From Escherichia coli (GTDB taxonomy: Bacteria > Pseudomonadota > Gammaproteobacteria > Enterobacterales > Enterobacteriaceae), in the NCBI RefSeq assembly GCF_003334765.1, contig NZ_QOWT01000013.1: a stretch of DNA of 64,000 nt, one strand, 5' to 3'. The first letter of the stretch is position 1. The number at the start of each line of letters is the position of its first letter. Under the pieces are notes generated by a model. The model did no database searches and was not told where the DNA came from. It worked only from the letters and a program-made list of their open reading frames with translations. Below, piece after piece: positions 25,469 to 38,697 of this stretch. A program made the position numbers and the translations under genes.

Positions 25469-27229
25469 ATGACGCAAACATTTATCCCCGGCAAAGATGC
25501 CGCTCTGGAAGATTCCATCGCTCGCTTCCAGCAAAAACTTTCAGACCTCGGCTTTCAGATTGAAGAGGCCTCCTGGCTGAATCCCGTGCCTAACGTCTGG
25601 TCTGTACATATTCGCGACAAAGAGTGCGCACTGTGTTTTACCAACGGTAAAGGCGCAACCAAGAAAGCGGCGCTGGCTTCTGCACTCGGTGAATATTTCG
25701 AGCGTCTCTCAACCAACTACTTTTTTGCGGACTTCTGGCTGGGCGAAACCATCGCCAACGGTCCGTTCGTGCATTATCCCAACGAAAAATGGTTCCCACT
25801 GACCGAAAATGACGATGTGCCAGAAGGGCTGCTCGATGACCGTCTGCGCGCGTTTTATGATCCGGAGAATGAACTGACCGGCAGCATGCTGATTGACCTA
25901 CAATCCGGTAACGAAGATCGTGGTATTTGCGGCCTGCCGTTTACGCGTCAGTCCGACAATCAGACCGTTTATATTCCGATGAATATCATTGGTAACCTGT
26001 ACGTCTCCAACGGTATGTCCGCAGGTAATACCCGCAACGAAGCACGCGTTCAGGGATTGTCTGAAGTTTTCGAACGCTACGTGAAAAACCGCATTATTGC
26101 TGAAAGCATCAGCCTGCCAGAGATCCCGGCAGACGTGCTGGCGCGTTACCCAGCAGTAGTTGAAGCCATCGAAACGCTGGAAGCGGAGGGTTTCCCAATC
26201 TTCGCTTATGACGGTTCGCTTGGCGGCCAGTATCCGGTGATTTGCGTGGTACTGTTCAATCCTGCTAACGGTACCTGCTTTGCCTCTTTCGGTGCGCATC
26301 CTGATTTTGGCGTAGCACTGGAACGTACCGTGACCGAGCTGCTGCAAGGTCGTGGCCTGAAAGATTTGGATGTGTTTACTCCGCCAACCTTCGATGATGA
26401 AGAAGTCGCTGAACATACCAACCTCGAAACGCACTTTATCGATTCCAGCGGTTTAATCTCCTGGGACCTGTTCAAGCAGGATGCCGATTATCCGTTTGTG
26501 GACTGGAATTTCTCCGGCACCACGGAAGAAGAGTTCGCCACACTGATGGCTATCTTCAACAAAGAAGATAAAGAAGTTTATATTGCCGATTACGAGCATC
26601 TGGGCGTTTATGCTTGCCGTATTATCGTGCCTGGCATGTCCGATATTTATCCGGCTGAAGATCTGTGGCTCGCGAATAACAGTATGGGCAGCCATTTACG
26701 TGAAACGATTCTTTCGCTACCAGGCAGCGAGTGGGAAAAAGAAGATTACCTGAACCTCATCGAGCAACTGGATGAAGAAGGTTTTGATGACTTTACCCGC
26801 GTGCGTGAGCTGTTGGGTCTGGCGACCGGGTCGGATAACGGTTGGTACACCCTGCGTATCGGTGAATTAAAAGCCATGCTGGCGCTGGCTGGTGGCGATC
26901 TGGAACAGGCTCTGGTCTGGACCGAATGGACGATGGAGTTTAACTCATCAGTATTTAGTCCGGAACGCGCCAACTATTATCGCTGCCTGCAAACGTTGTT
27001 ATTACTGGCACAGGAAGAAGATCGCCAGCCGCTGCAATATCTGAATGCGTTTGTTCGCATGTACGGCGCAGATGCCGTAGAAGCCGCCAGTGCGGCAATG
27101 AGCGGCGAAGCGGCGTTTTACGGCCTGCAACCGGTAGATAGCGATCTGCACGCGTTTGCTGCACATCAGTCGTTGTTGAAGGCCTACGAAAAGCTGCAGC
27201 GCGCCAAAGCAGCATTCTGGGCAAAATAA
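25469..27229 (+). CDS. ycaO: YcaO (ribosomal protein S12 methylthiotransferase accessory factor, YcaO-domain protein)
   Basis: ORF 25436..27229; start at MTQTFIPGKDAALEDSIARF... (586 aa). Confidence 0.92.
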   Translation: MTQTFIPGKDAALEDSIARFQQKLSDLGFQIEEASWLNPVPNVWSVHIRDKECALCFTNGKGATKKAALASALGEYFERLSTNYFFADFWLGETIANGPFVHYPNEKWFPLTENDDVPEGLLDDRLRAFYDPENELTGSMLIDLQSGNEDRGICGLPFTRQSDNQTVYIPMNIIGNLYVSNGMSAGNTRNEARVQGLSEVFERYVKNRIIAESISLPEIPADVLARYPAVVEAIETLEAEGFPIFAYDGSLGGQYPVICVVLFNPANGTCFASFGAHPDFGVALERTVTELLQGRGLKDLDVFTPPTFDDEEVAEHTNLETHFIDSSGLISWDLFKQDADYPFVDWNFSGTTEEEFATLMAIFNKEDKEVYIADYEHLGVYACRIIVPGMSDIYPAEDLWLANNSMGSHLRETILSLPGSEWEKEDYLNLIEQLDEEGFDDFTRVRELLGLATGSDNGWYTLRIGELKAMLALAGGDLEQALVWTEWTMEFNSSVFSPERANYYRCLQTLLLLAQEEDRQPLQYLNAFVRMYGADAVEAASAAMSGEAAFYGLQPVDSDLHAFAAHQSLLKAYEKLQRAKAAFWAK

Positions 27230-27560
27230 AATCAAATAGCCTACGCAATGTAGGCTTAATGATTAGTCTGAGTTATATTACGGGGCGTTTTTTTAATGCC
27301 CCGCTTTACATATATTTGCATTAATAAAATAATTGTAATTATAAGGTTAAATATCGGTAATTTGTATTTAATAAATACGATCGATATTGTTACTTTATTC
27401 GCCTGATGCTCCCTTTTAATTAACTGTTTTAGCGGAGGATGCGGAAAAAATTCAACTCATTTGTTAATTTTTAAAATTTATTTTTATTTGGATAATCAAA
27501 TATTTACTCCGTATTTGCATAAAAACCATGCGAGTTACGGGCCTATAAGCCAGGCGAGAT

Positions 27561-27574
27561 ATGATCTATATCAA
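27561..27574 (+). promoter_or_regulatory. FNR-type binding site in the focA-pflB promoter region
   Basis: aTGAT-CTAT-ATCAA matches the TTGAT-N4-ATCAA FNR consensus; a TATAAT hexamer lies at 27584-27589 in an AT-rich region upstream of focA. Confidence 0.55.
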
Positions 27575-27634
27575 TTTCTCATCTATAATGCTTTGTTAGT
27601 ATCTCGTCGCCGACTTAATAAAGAGAGAGTTAGT

Positions 27635-28492
27635 GTGAAAGCTGACAACCCTTTTGATCTTTTACTTCCTGCTGCAATGGCCAAAGTGGCCGAAGAGGCG
27701 GGTGTCTATAAAGCAACGAAACATCCGCTTAAGACTTTCTATCTGGCGATTACCGCCGGTGTTTTCATCTCAATCGCATTCGTCTTCTATATCACAGCAA
27801 CCACTGGCACAGGCACAATGCCCTTCGGCATGGCAAAACTGGTTGGCGGCATTTGCTTCTCTCTGGGGCTGATTCTTTGTGTTGTCTGCGGAGCCGATCT
27901 CTTTACTTCCACCGTGTTGATTGTTGTTGCTAAGGCGAGTGGGCGCATCACCTGGGGTCAGTTGGCGAAAAACTGGCTAAATGTCTATTTTGGCAACCTG
28001 GTCGGCGCACTGCTGTTTGTACTTTTAATGTGGCTTTCCGGCGAGTATATGACCGCAAATGGTCAATGGGGACTAAACGTCCTACAAACCGCCGACCACA
28101 AAGTGCACCATACTTTTATTGAGGCCGTCTGTCTTGGTATCCTGGCAAACCTGATGGTATGTCTGGCAGTATGGATGAGTTATTCTGGCCGCAGCCTGAT
28201 GGACAAAGCGTTCATTATGGTGCTGCCGGTCGCGATGTTTGTTGCCAGCGGTTTTGAGCACAGTATCGCAAACATGTTTATGATCCCGATGGGTATTGTA
28301 ATCCGCGACTTCGCATCCCCGGAATTTTGGACCGCAGTCGGTTCTGCACCGGAAAATTTTTCTCACCTGACCGTGATGAATTTCATCACTGATAACCTGA
28401 TTCCGGTTACGATCGGCAACATTATCGGTGGTGGTTTGTTGGTTGGGTTGACATACTGGGTCATTTACCTGCGTGAAAACGACCACCATTAA
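27635..28492 (+). CDS. focA: Formate channel FocA
   Basis: ORF 27461..28492; real start is the GTG at 27635 giving (M)KADNPFDLLLPAAMAKVAEEAGVYK... (285 aa). Confidence 0.93.
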   Translation: MKADNPFDLLLPAAMAKVAEEAGVYKATKHPLKTFYLAITAGVFISIAFVFYITATTGTGTMPFGMAKLVGGICFSLGLILCVVCGADLFTSTVLIVVAKASGRITWGQLAKNWLNVYFGNLVGALLFVLLMWLSGEYMTANGQWGLNVLQTADHKVHHTFIEAVCLGILANLMVCLAVWMSYSGRSLMDKAFIMVLPVAMFVASGFEHSIANMFMIPMGIVIRDFASPEFWTAVGSAPENFSHLTVMNFITDNLIPVTIGNIIGGGLLVGLTYWVIYLRENDHH

Positions 28493-28546
28493 TGGTTGTC
28501 GAAGTACGCAGTAAATAAAAAATCCACTTAAGAAGGTAGGTGTTAC

Positions 28547-30829
<2,283 letters not shown>

Positions 30830-30871
30830 TTAGATTTGACTGAAATCGTACAGTAAAAAGCGTACAATAAA

Positions 30872-30897
30872 GGCTCCACGAAAGTGGGGCCTTTTTT
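30872..30897 (+). terminator. Intrinsic terminator of pflB
   Basis: Hairpin GGCTCCAC-GAAA-GTGGGGCC followed by TTTTTT. Confidence 0.85.
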
Positions 30898-31020
30898 AGC
30901 GCGAGAGCCTTTTTTGTCAGCTATCTATACTTTAAGGTGACTGCCAAAACAGACTCGACGTAGCCTTCGAGCTGCGCACCAACACGGCCTCAGATGGGCC
31001 ACATCTGGAGAAACACCGCA

Positions 31021-31761
31021 ATGTCAGTTATTGGTCGCATTCACTCCTTTGAATCCTGTGGAACCGTAGACGGCCCAGGTATTCGCTTTATCACCTTTTT
31101 CCAGGGCTGCCTGATGCGCTGCCTGTATTGTCATAACCGCGACACCTGGGACACGCATGGCGGTAAAGAAGTTACCGTTGAAGATTTGATGAAGGAAGTG
31201 GTGACCTATCGCCACTTTATGAACGCTTCCGGCGGCGGCGTTACCGCATCCGGCGGTGAAGCAATCCTGCAAGCTGAGTTTGTTCGTGACTGGTTCCGCG
31301 CCTGCAAAAAAGAAGGCATTCATACCTGTCTGGACACCAACGGTTTTGTTCGTCGTTACGATCCGGTGATTGATGAACTGCTGGAAGTAACCGACCTGGT
31401 AATGCTCGATCTCAAACAGATGAACGACGAGATCCACCAAAATCTGGTTGGAGTTTCCAACCACCGCACGCTGGAGTTCGCTAAATATCTGGCGAACAAA
31501 AATGTGAAGGTGTGGATCCGCTACGTTGTTGTCCCAGGCTGGTCTGACGATGACGATTCAGCGCATCGCCTCGGTGAATTTACCCGTGATATGGGCAACG
31601 TTGAGAAAATCGAGCTTCTCCCCTACCACGAGCTGGGCAAACACAAATGGGTGGCAATGGGTGAAGAGTACAAACTCGACGGTGTTAAACCACCGAAGAA
31701 AGAGACCATGGAACGCGTGAAAGGCATTCTTGAGCAGTACGGTCATAAGGTAATGTTCTAA
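31021..31761 (+). CDS. pflA: Pyruvate formate-lyase activating enzyme (radical SAM)
   Basis: ORF 30994..31761; start at [23 protein letters not shown]... (246 aa); radical-SAM CxxxCxxC motif ([10 protein letters not shown]). Confidence 0.96.
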   Translation: MSVIGRIHSFESCGTVDGPGIRFITFFQGCLMRCLYCHNRDTWDTHGGKEVTVEDLMKEVVTYRHFMNASGGGVTASGGEAILQAEFVRDWFRACKKEGIHTCLDTNGFVRRYDPVIDELLEVTDLVMLDLKQMNDEIHQNLVGVSNHRTLEFAKYLANKNVKVWIRYVVVPGWSDDDDSAHRLGEFTRDMGNVEKIELLPYHELGKHKWVAMGEEYKLDGVKPPKKETMERVKGILEQYGHKVMF

Positions 31762-31770
31762 TTTCCCCGT

Positions 31771-31805
31771 AAAGCGGCAACTTTATTGAGTTGCCGCTTT
31801 TTTAT
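31771..31805 (+). terminator. Intrinsic terminator of pflA
   Basis: Hairpin GCGGCAAC-loop-GTTGCCGC followed by TTTTTTATT. Confidence 0.85.
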
Positions 31806-31842
31806 TCCGCGCTTCATTCTGCTACAGCGTTTTTAACACATC

Positions 31843-32433
31843 TTATAGTGCATCTACCATATCCCGTACCTGAGATAATAACGACTGATAATAGCTCGCG
31901 TGAAGTTCTTCCCCATCGAATACCACTGTATTACACAAGAAAGTGACATCGGCATCTTCAATACCAAGATAACTGCACATATTTTTTAAATAATCGCTTA
32001 TATTTTTTTCCCAGCCCATCTGGACAAATGATTCTTTGTCTCCTCCAACCAGCGCCACCCAACGAACTTTATTGAATGGTAATTTGTGCCCATCTCCATA
32101 AGCCAGCCCATTATTCCATACTCTGTCAATATATCCTTTTAGCATTGCCGGGAAGCTGTACCACCAGAGAGGAAAAACCACCACTAACGTGTCATGTTCA
32201 AGCAGCTCTGAATAAAGCTGATGAACCTCTGGAGAATAACGTTTATCCATATTCTTCCAGTCTGGTTCATCTTCCGGCGTCATCACTGGGTTGAAATTAC
32301 GCCGATATAAATCGAGTTCCGTCACCTGTATTTTCCGCTCCATTGCCCGCTGATGGATCGCATCAGCAATATGTGCGGTCAATGAATCATGACGAGGATG
32401 GGCCCATACCAAATAAATACGTTCAGACTGCAT
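31843..32433 (-). CDS. ycaK: NAD(P)H-dependent oxidoreductase YcaK (KefF/MdaB-like flavodoxin fold)
   Basis: 196-aa ORF MQSERIYLVWAHPRHDSLTAHIADAIH... Confidence 0.85.
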   Translation of the reverse strand: MQSERIYLVWAHPRHDSLTAHIADAIHQRAMERKIQVTELDLYRRNFNPVMTPEDEPDWKNMDKRYSPEVHQLYSELLEHDTLVVVFPLWWYSFPAMLKGYIDRVWNNGLAYGDGHKLPFNKVRWVALVGGDKESFVQMGWEKNISDYLKNMCSYLGIEDADVTFLCNTVVFDGEELHASYYQSLLSQVRDMVDAL

Positions 32434-32532
32434 AATTTTACCTCCACGTTAAGTTCTGGAGCGCACTTTACGCAGGCGGCATAATCCTGTAAACGTGATG
32501 ATTCAGGATGAGTTAATGAAGGATTTTCACTA

Positions 32533-33441
32533 ATGCGGATGAATATGTCTGACTTTGCCACTTTCTTTGCCGTGGCCCGTAATCAAAGCTTTCGTGCAGC
32601 GGGCGATGAGTTAGGCTTATCCTCGTCCGCCATTAGCCATAGTATTAAAACACTGGAACAACGTCTTAAAATTCGCTTATTCAATCGGACAACCCGAAGC
32701 GTATCGTTAACGGAAGCGGGTTCTAATCTCTATGAACGATTGCGCCCAGCTTTCGACGAAATTCAGATCATGTTAGATGAGATGAATGATTTTCGTCTGA
32801 CACCGACAGGAACGCTCAAAATCAATGCCGCCCGGGTAGCTGCACGTATATTTTTAATGTCTTTACTGGTTGGTTTCACACGTGAATATCCTGATATTAA
32901 AGTCGAGCTCACAACTGACGACTCTCTTGTCGATATCGTCCAACAGGGCTTTGACGCTGGCGTTCGACTTAGTTGCATCGTCGAAAAAGATATGATCAGC
33001 GTGGCGATCGGCCCGCCAGTGAAATTATGTGTAGCAGCAACGCCAGAGTACTTTGCAAGATATGGCAAACCCCGCCATCCTCATGATCTGCTTAATCATC
33101 AATGTGTTGTTTTTCGTTATCCCAGCGGCAAACCTTTCCACTGGCAATTTGCAAAGGAGCTGGAAATTGCTGTCGCAGGAAATATCATTCTGGATGATGT
33201 TGATGCTGAACTGGAGGCCGTTTTGATGGGTGCTGGTATCGGGTATCTGCTCTATGAACAGATCAAGGAGTACCTTGATACTGGTCGTTTAGAATGTGTA
33301 CTGGAAGACTGGAGCACAGAGCGTCCAGGCTTCCAGATCTATTATCCAAACCGCCAGTATATGTCCTGCGGCTTGCGCGCATTTCTCGATTATGTAAAAA
33401 CGGGTCAGATCTGCCAGAGTCAGCGTCACCGACCACAATAA
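32533..33441 (+). CDS. ycaN: LysR-family transcriptional regulator YcaN
   Basis: 302-aa ORF with N-terminal helix-turn-helix (FRAAGDELGLSSSAISHSIKTLEQRL) and LysR substrate-binding domain; divergent from ycaK. Confidence 0.88.
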   Translation: MRMNMSDFATFFAVARNQSFRAAGDELGLSSSAISHSIKTLEQRLKIRLFNRTTRSVSLTEAGSNLYERLRPAFDEIQIMLDEMNDFRLTPTGTLKINAARVAARIFLMSLLVGFTREYPDIKVELTTDDSLVDIVQQGFDAGVRLSCIVEKDMISVAIGPPVKLCVAATPEYFARYGKPRHPHDLLNHQCVVFRYPSGKPFHWQFAKELEIAVAGNIILDDVDAELEAVLMGAGIGYLLYEQIKEYLDTGRLECVLEDWSTERPGFQIYYPNRQYMSCGLRAFLDYVKTGQICQSQRHRPQ

Positions 33442-34872
33442 TTATTTACTATTCGCTTTACGCGCCAGCAGCGGGAATATCAGTCCTAATCCTACCAGCA
33501 CAAACGGCGTTGCAACATTCAGCGCCAACTGGAAGGTCCACTCTGCAGTGAAGGCTTCCATTTTCGGGAAGATCCCCGTCAAACAGGCAAAGGCGGTAAA
33601 GGCAAAACACCAAATCCCGACGGTCATTGCCAGAGGCTTATTACGAATAAAGACATATTCTGGTTTATATTTCTGCGCCAAGCGAACGACTGCAATAAAT
33701 GCAACAAATACCCATAAATAACGCAGCGGCATCACTACCGAATTAAGGTTCAACAGCCATTTATAGAGATTGTTCATATCACCAATGCCGAGAGTCGGCA
33801 GCATAATCAGAATCGCCACCAGTACCAGGGTCAGAAAATAGCCATTAACGGGCGTACCAGAAGCGTTGGTACGACATAAACTGGCTGGAATATATTTGCT
33901 GTCAGCATCACCTAATAGCACTTTAAGCGGGGCATCAATCGAGAATACCAGCGCCGCTACTTGTCCCAGGGTATTCGCAATGGCGTAAATCACCATTAAA
34001 GTATTACCCATGTTGTAATACTCGCCCAGCTTCTGAAAGGCGTAATACTGACCGTTGGTCATTAAGTCATCCGGGATATTACGCGAATCAAACATCATCC
34101 CCATCGCCAGCGAGCCCAGAATGGCACAAACCGCAACCATCACCGCCAGGCATAACATCCCTTTTGGAAATTCTTTTCCTGGGTTGCGCGTTTGATTAAC
34201 GTAAGGAGAAATCTTCTCTGCTCCGCCAACCGCGAAAACCAGCATTGAAATAGTGGTAATGTAGGTAAAGTCGATATGAGGAATGAACGTTTCCCAGGTA
34301 ATGTTTGTGGTCGCAATATGCACTTCAGTAATTGCAGGCGCGGTTACCGCCATCGCCACATACAGGAGCGACATAACAAACATAGCAATCCCTGCCACAG
34401 AACCGACGATTTTCAGCGATTTCATACCGCGTGAAGCAACCCACATAAAGAAGATAAACAGCACCAGCGTTAACCCCTGTAACGCTACGACTGAATATTC
34501 TTTGATTAGCGAACCGTCGCCTTTCATCGCCCAACCGAGCGCAATCAGAATTGCCTGGGGTTTTTGTGCCAGATAGGGAATATGCACCACCCAGTAGGTC
34601 CACGCGGCGAGATAAGCCAGTCCGGGTCCCATCGTGTGTTTAATCCAGGTACTGACCCCGCCCTTCCCATCTTTGAAGGTCGAGCCTAACTGACCAACAA
34701 TTAGCGCATAAGGTGTGAAATAGAGTGCAAAGATAAACACCCATGAAAAAACAACCACCAGCCCCTGGTTGGCATAGTTATTAACAACGTTGCCAAAACC
34801 CCAGACAGTGATAAAAGACATCAGCGCAATGTTGTACCATCGCAACTGTTTTTCCTGAACATTCCCAGCCAT
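33442..34872 (-). CDS. ycaM: APC-superfamily amino acid transporter YcaM
   Basis: ORF 33442..35064; preferred start MAGNVQEKQLRWYNIALMSF... (476 aa); polytopic membrane protein. Confidence 0.88.
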   Translation of the reverse strand: MAGNVQEKQLRWYNIALMSFITVWGFGNVVNNYANQGLVVVFSWVFIFALYFTPYALIVGQLGSTFKDGKGGVSTWIKHTMGPGLAYLAAWTYWVVHIPYLAQKPQAILIALGWAMKGDGSLIKEYSVVALQGLTLVLFIFFMWVASRGMKSLKIVGSVAGIAMFVMSLLYVAMAVTAPAITEVHIATTNITWETFIPHIDFTYITTISMLVFAVGGAEKISPYVNQTRNPGKEFPKGMLCLAVMVAVCAILGSLAMGMMFDSRNIPDDLMTNGQYYAFQKLGEYYNMGNTLMVIYAIANTLGQVAALVFSIDAPLKVLLGDADSKYIPASLCRTNASGTPVNGYFLTLVLVAILIMLPTLGIGDMNNLYKWLLNLNSVVMPLRYLWVFVAFIAVVRLAQKYKPEYVFIRNKPLAMTVGIWCFAFTAFACLTGIFPKMEAFTAEWTFQLALNVATPFVLVGLGLIFPLLARKANSK

Positions 34873-35081
34873 AGACAAATCCTTCGCCAAAATTAAAGGG
34901 GCATCTGTAAAACGAGGGATTATGCGCGGCAAATAAGAAGTGCGGAAATAGCGAAATGCGAAATTATAACCTGCTGCACATTTTATTTTTAAACGAATAA
35001 AATTTGGAATAAAGCAAGTCAGATAGAAGAAACAAAAAAGCAGAGTGTGAAACAGTAAGTTCACACTCTGCTTGAATTCAT

Positions 35082-36230
35082 TTACACGTGAGCAACGGGT
35101 TTCGGCGTATGACCGGCGTTGCGCAGCAGCATCAGCAAATAGATAAACGATACGCTGGCGATCATGATAAACAATAAATTATCGGAGAAATTCTGCATTA
35201 GCATAGCGGTAAATGACGGGCCAAGCAGACTTCCCACAGTATAGCTCAACAGTAAGGCCTGGTTCATCGCCACCAGTTGATGATGTTCAACTTTCTCGCA
35301 AGCCCATGCCATCGCCACCGGATATAGCGTAAAGCCAGCGGCACCGAGGATGAATAACGCTGGGGCCATCGCCGCCTGGCTAAGCATCGCGATACTGCCG
35401 AGAATGACGACAAAGACCTGAACACGCAACACCAGCAGTCGACCAAACTTATCCGCCAGACGTCCAATCGGCCATTGTCCAAGGATACCCGCACTGACCA
35501 GTACCGCCATCCAGAAACCAATGCTGGCATTGCTCACCCCTTTGTGATTGAGGTACAGCGGCATCAGGCCATATAGAGATCCCAGAACGATTCCTGAGAT
35601 AATGCAGCCATTCACGCCAAGCCGCGCCTGACGGAGTTTTAGCATTGACGTAATTGACGTCGAATCATGGTTTTCAGCCTGCTGATTCAGCACACGCGTA
35701 AACAACAGCGGTAAGATCCCTGCCAACGTCAAACCTGTAACCCACGGCAATACGGACATCAGCTCGGTTGAAACTTTGCTGACCAGTAACTGGCCTAAAA
35801 ACGTTCCCACGTAATAAACCATCATATACGCAGCAAGCAAACGCCCACGGTTACGTGACGTCCCACTGCACATCAGCGCGCTCTCAACAACCACCCAAAT
35901 CATGGCACAGCCGACGCCCGCGACAAAACGCCAAGCCAACCAGCTCCAGAATCCAATCATCAGGCCAAGGCCGGCACAGCCAGCGGCAAAAATGAAGGAG
36001 GCCAGATAATAGCTGCGGTTAAAGCCAATGCGCTTAATGACATACCCTGTCAGCAATGTACCGACAAGGTTGCCGGTAAAATAGGATGAGCTGACAACGC
36101 CTACCTGCCATGTGGACATGTGTTCCTGGGCGAGCCAAAGCGGCACGAGTGTATTTAACACCGCAATCGCCAGAGTCAACAAAAGCAGGCCAGACAGCAA
36201 AAGCATGACAGGCTGGGTATACGTGGACAT
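35082..36230 (-). CDS. ycaD: MFS transporter YcaD
   Basis: 382-aa ORF with about 12 hydrophobic segments. Confidence 0.9.
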   Translation of the reverse strand: MSTYTQPVMLLLSGLLLLTLAIAVLNTLVPLWLAQEHMSTWQVGVVSSSYFTGNLVGTLLTGYVIKRIGFNRSYYLASFIFAAGCAGLGLMIGFWSWLAWRFVAGVGCAMIWVVVESALMCSGTSRNRGRLLAAYMMVYYVGTFLGQLLVSKVSTELMSVLPWVTGLTLAGILPLLFTRVLNQQAENHDSTSITSMLKLRQARLGVNGCIISGIVLGSLYGLMPLYLNHKGVSNASIGFWMAVLVSAGILGQWPIGRLADKFGRLLVLRVQVFVVILGSIAMLSQAAMAPALFILGAAGFTLYPVAMAWACEKVEHHQLVAMNQALLLSYTVGSLLGPSFTAMLMQNFSDNLLFIMIASVSFIYLLMLLRNAGHTPKPVAHV

Positions 36231-36543
36231 GAATTAAAACCGTGAGGAAGTTCAAATTTCATGCGCATCATGCCACCGCCAAAAACATTGTCAATGGGTG
36301 AAAATACGCGATATCCCAGCGGCGGTATTATCGATTTATATTACTCATTCATAACGCTAATGCTGAAGAGATGATTAGTCTCATCTGATTGTTTTTATTG
36401 AACTAACACAAATTTCATACGCTTCGTTCAGTCGAAAAATTTCATGGTCACAGCAAACTCATATTTCCCGTCTATGCTTTCAGAGCAATGCATCGCGTCT
36501 GATCGATTTCAGACGTACCACTGACTCTCGAAAGGAGAAGAGG

Positions 36544-37170
36544 ATGACCAAACCGTATGTTCGTCTTGATAAAAATGATGCTGCCGTTTTGCTTGTTGAT
36601 CACCAGGCTGGTTTACTTTCCCTTGTACGGGATATCGAACCCGATAAGTTTAAAAATAACGTGCTGGCGCTGGGTGACCTGGCTAAGTATTTCAACTTAC
36701 CAACTATTCTTACCACCAGTTTTGAAACCGGTCCTAACGGCCCATTAGTTCCAGAACTGAAAGCACAATTCCCCGATACACCTTACATTGCTCGCCCGGG
36801 AAATATTAACGCCTGGGATAACGAAGATTTTGTAAAAGCTGTCAAAGCGACAGGTAAAAAACAGTTAATTATTGCCGGTGTGGTAACCGAAGTTTGCGTG
36901 GCATTCCCGGCGCTTTCAGCCATTGAAGAAGGGTTTGACGTCTTTGTCGTGACTGACGCGTCAGGGACCTTTAATGAAATTACCCGGCATTCGGCATGGG
37001 ATCGCTTGTCGCAAGCTGGTGCGCAATTGATGACATGGTTCGGCGTGGCGTGCGAGCTGCATCGCGACTGGCGTAATGATATTGAAGGACTGGCGACGTT
37101 GTTCTCTAACCACATTCCTGATTATCGTAATTTGATGACCAGTTATGACACGTTAACGAAGCAGAAATAA
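36544..37170 (+). CDS. ycaC: Isochorismatase-family hydrolase YcaC
   Basis: 208-aa ORF MTKPYVRLDKNDAAVLLVDHQAGL... with the catalytic Cys context VVTEVCVAFP. Confidence 0.92.
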   Translation: MTKPYVRLDKNDAAVLLVDHQAGLLSLVRDIEPDKFKNNVLALGDLAKYFNLPTILTTSFETGPNGPLVPELKAQFPDTPYIARPGNINAWDNEDFVKAVKATGKKQLIIAGVVTEVCVAFPALSAIEEGFDVFVVTDASGTFNEITRHSAWDRLSQAGAQLMTWFGVACELHRDWRNDIEGLATLFSNHIPDYRNLMTSYDTLTKQK

Positions 37171-37175
37171 AAGAG

Positions 37176-37198
37176 AACCGGGGCCGAAACCCCGGTTG
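37176..37198. terminator. Hairpin between convergent ycaC and dmsC (probable bidirectional terminator)
   Basis: AACCGGGG-CCGAAA-CCCCGGTT perfect stem; T-rich tract on the minus-strand side. Confidence 0.65.
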
Positions 37199-37204
37199 TT
37201 ATGA

Positions 37205-38068
37205 TTAGCTTGCGACGGCCATCCCCACGGTCATATGCAAACCATAGAATACGCCGCGACCGATTAATTCCCCTGCCAGAAGCAGAATGAATGATACAGA
37301 AAGTAGCGGAACCGCAGGCTGATAACCTTTTAGCTGTGGTGCAATCCACAAGCACAGGGCAACGGCCAAAAGCACGATCCGCCAGGACATCAGCGCACCA
37401 TAGTCCGGCACCAGCGCTGCGGCCTGCTGCACAGAACTATGAATAGTCGCCAGCTCTGCGCCCTGCATCACTGACACCACGCCAGTCACTACCAGTGCCA
37501 GTACAGAAATTGCTGGCAGCAGACGCATCGCCCAGCCATCGACGCCAGCCAGACTCAACAACAGGTAACCCAGTAACGGGCCGCCCATAAACATCGTCAG
37601 GAAGAAGCCCATCGGCGTCCAGATGCTGTACCAGGTCGGAACGGTATCAATGCTGTTATACACACGCACCATCATCCAGACAAAGATGACGCCAAGAACC
37701 ATCGTCACTATCAGCCACAGCGTACGCAATGCCGGTGACAGCTTTTTCAGCATTGCCAGCAACCAGCCGATGCCGCCTACGGCAAAAAAGATCGAACCGC
37801 TGGCGATTTCGTTACTGAGTGCTGAAGCCCCTACCCGGTTGAGCGAGTTAAAAGCGCGCATTGGTGAACCAAGATGGAGCATAGAGGCGATAAAGCCAAT
37901 GCCCATCAGCACCCATAAACCAAACATGCAGGCGATAACACGCTGCTGGGCTTCTGCTCGCAGGTCGCCTTTGAGCAGCGCCAAAGCCAGAACGATAAAA
38001 CCACCTGCTACACATTGCCCGAAGACCGTGAAGATCATCAGCGGCCATTCATGCCATCCACTTCCCAT
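37205..38068 (-). CDS. dmsC: DMSO reductase membrane anchor subunit DmsC
   Basis: ORF 37205..38131; start at MGSGWHEWPLMIFTVFGQ... (287 aa). Confidence 0.93.
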   Translation of the reverse strand: MGSGWHEWPLMIFTVFGQCVAGGFIVLALALLKGDLRAEAQQRVIACMFGLWVLMGIGFIASMLHLGSPMRAFNSLNRVGASALSNEIASGSIFFAVGGIGWLLAMLKKLSPALRTLWLIVTMVLGVIFVWMMVRVYNSIDTVPTWYSIWTPMGFFLTMFMGGPLLGYLLLSLAGVDGWAMRLLPAISVLALVVTGVVSVMQGAELATIHSSVQQAAALVPDYGALMSWRIVLLAVALCLWIAPQLKGYQPAVPLLSVSFILLLAGELIGRGVFYGLHMTVGMAVAS

Positions 38069-38069
38069 C

Positions 38070-38687
38070 TCACACCTCCTTCGGGTTTGCCAGATAGCCA
38101 GTGGTATCCCCGGTCGGGCGGCTATTGGCATTGGGTTTGATCACAATATTCGGTTTGGTAAAGTGAGCTCGCGGCAACGGCGCAACGGCCGCCAGATCGC
38201 CATGTTTTTTACGCAGCTCGTCGATAGGGCCGAAATCCAGCGCCCGCAGCGGACAAGATTCAACACAGATCGGCTTTTTACCCTCCGCAACACGGTCATA
38301 ACAACCATCGCATTTGGTCATATGGCCTTTCGTTTCGTTATATTGCGGTGCGCCATACGGGCAAGCCATATGGCAGTAGCGGCAGCCAATGCACACATCT
38401 TCATCGACCACAACAAAACCATCTTCACGTTTATGCATCGCACCGCTCGGGCAGACTTTAGTACAAGCCGGATCTTCGCAGTGGTTACATGAAATCGACA
38501 GATAGTAGGCAAACACGTTCTGGTGCCAGACACCGTTATCTTCCTGCCAGTCGCCGCCAGCATATTCATAAATGCGGCGGAAGCTGACTTCTGGCGTCAA
38601 ATCTTTGTAGTCTTTACAGGCCAGCTCGCAGGTTTTGCAACCGGTGCAACGGCTGGAATCAATAAAAAATCCATACTGGGTTGTCAT
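38070..38687 (-). CDS. dmsB: DMSO reductase iron-sulfur subunit DmsB
   Basis: 205-aa ORF with four CxxCxxCxxxC ferredoxin motifs. Confidence 0.96.
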   Translation of the reverse strand: MTTQYGFFIDSSRCTGCKTCELACKDYKDLTPEVSFRRIYEYAGGDWQEDNGVWHQNVFAYYLSISCNHCEDPACTKVCPSGAMHKREDGFVVVDEDVCIGCRYCHMACPYGAPQYNETKGHMTKCDGCYDRVAEGKKPICVESCPLRALDFGPIDELRKKHGDLAAVAPLPRAHFTKPNIVIKPNANSRPTGDTTGYLANPKEV

Positions 38688-38697
38688 CGGTTACTCC

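Noticed and set aside
27236-27306. Hairpins after ycaO (GCCTACGCAATGTAGGC, and CGGGGCG...CGCCCCG with a T-run in the loop) as a terminator or REP element
   Set aside because: The T-tract lies inside the loop rather than after the stem, and the first palindrome is too short for a confident REP call; left unannotated.
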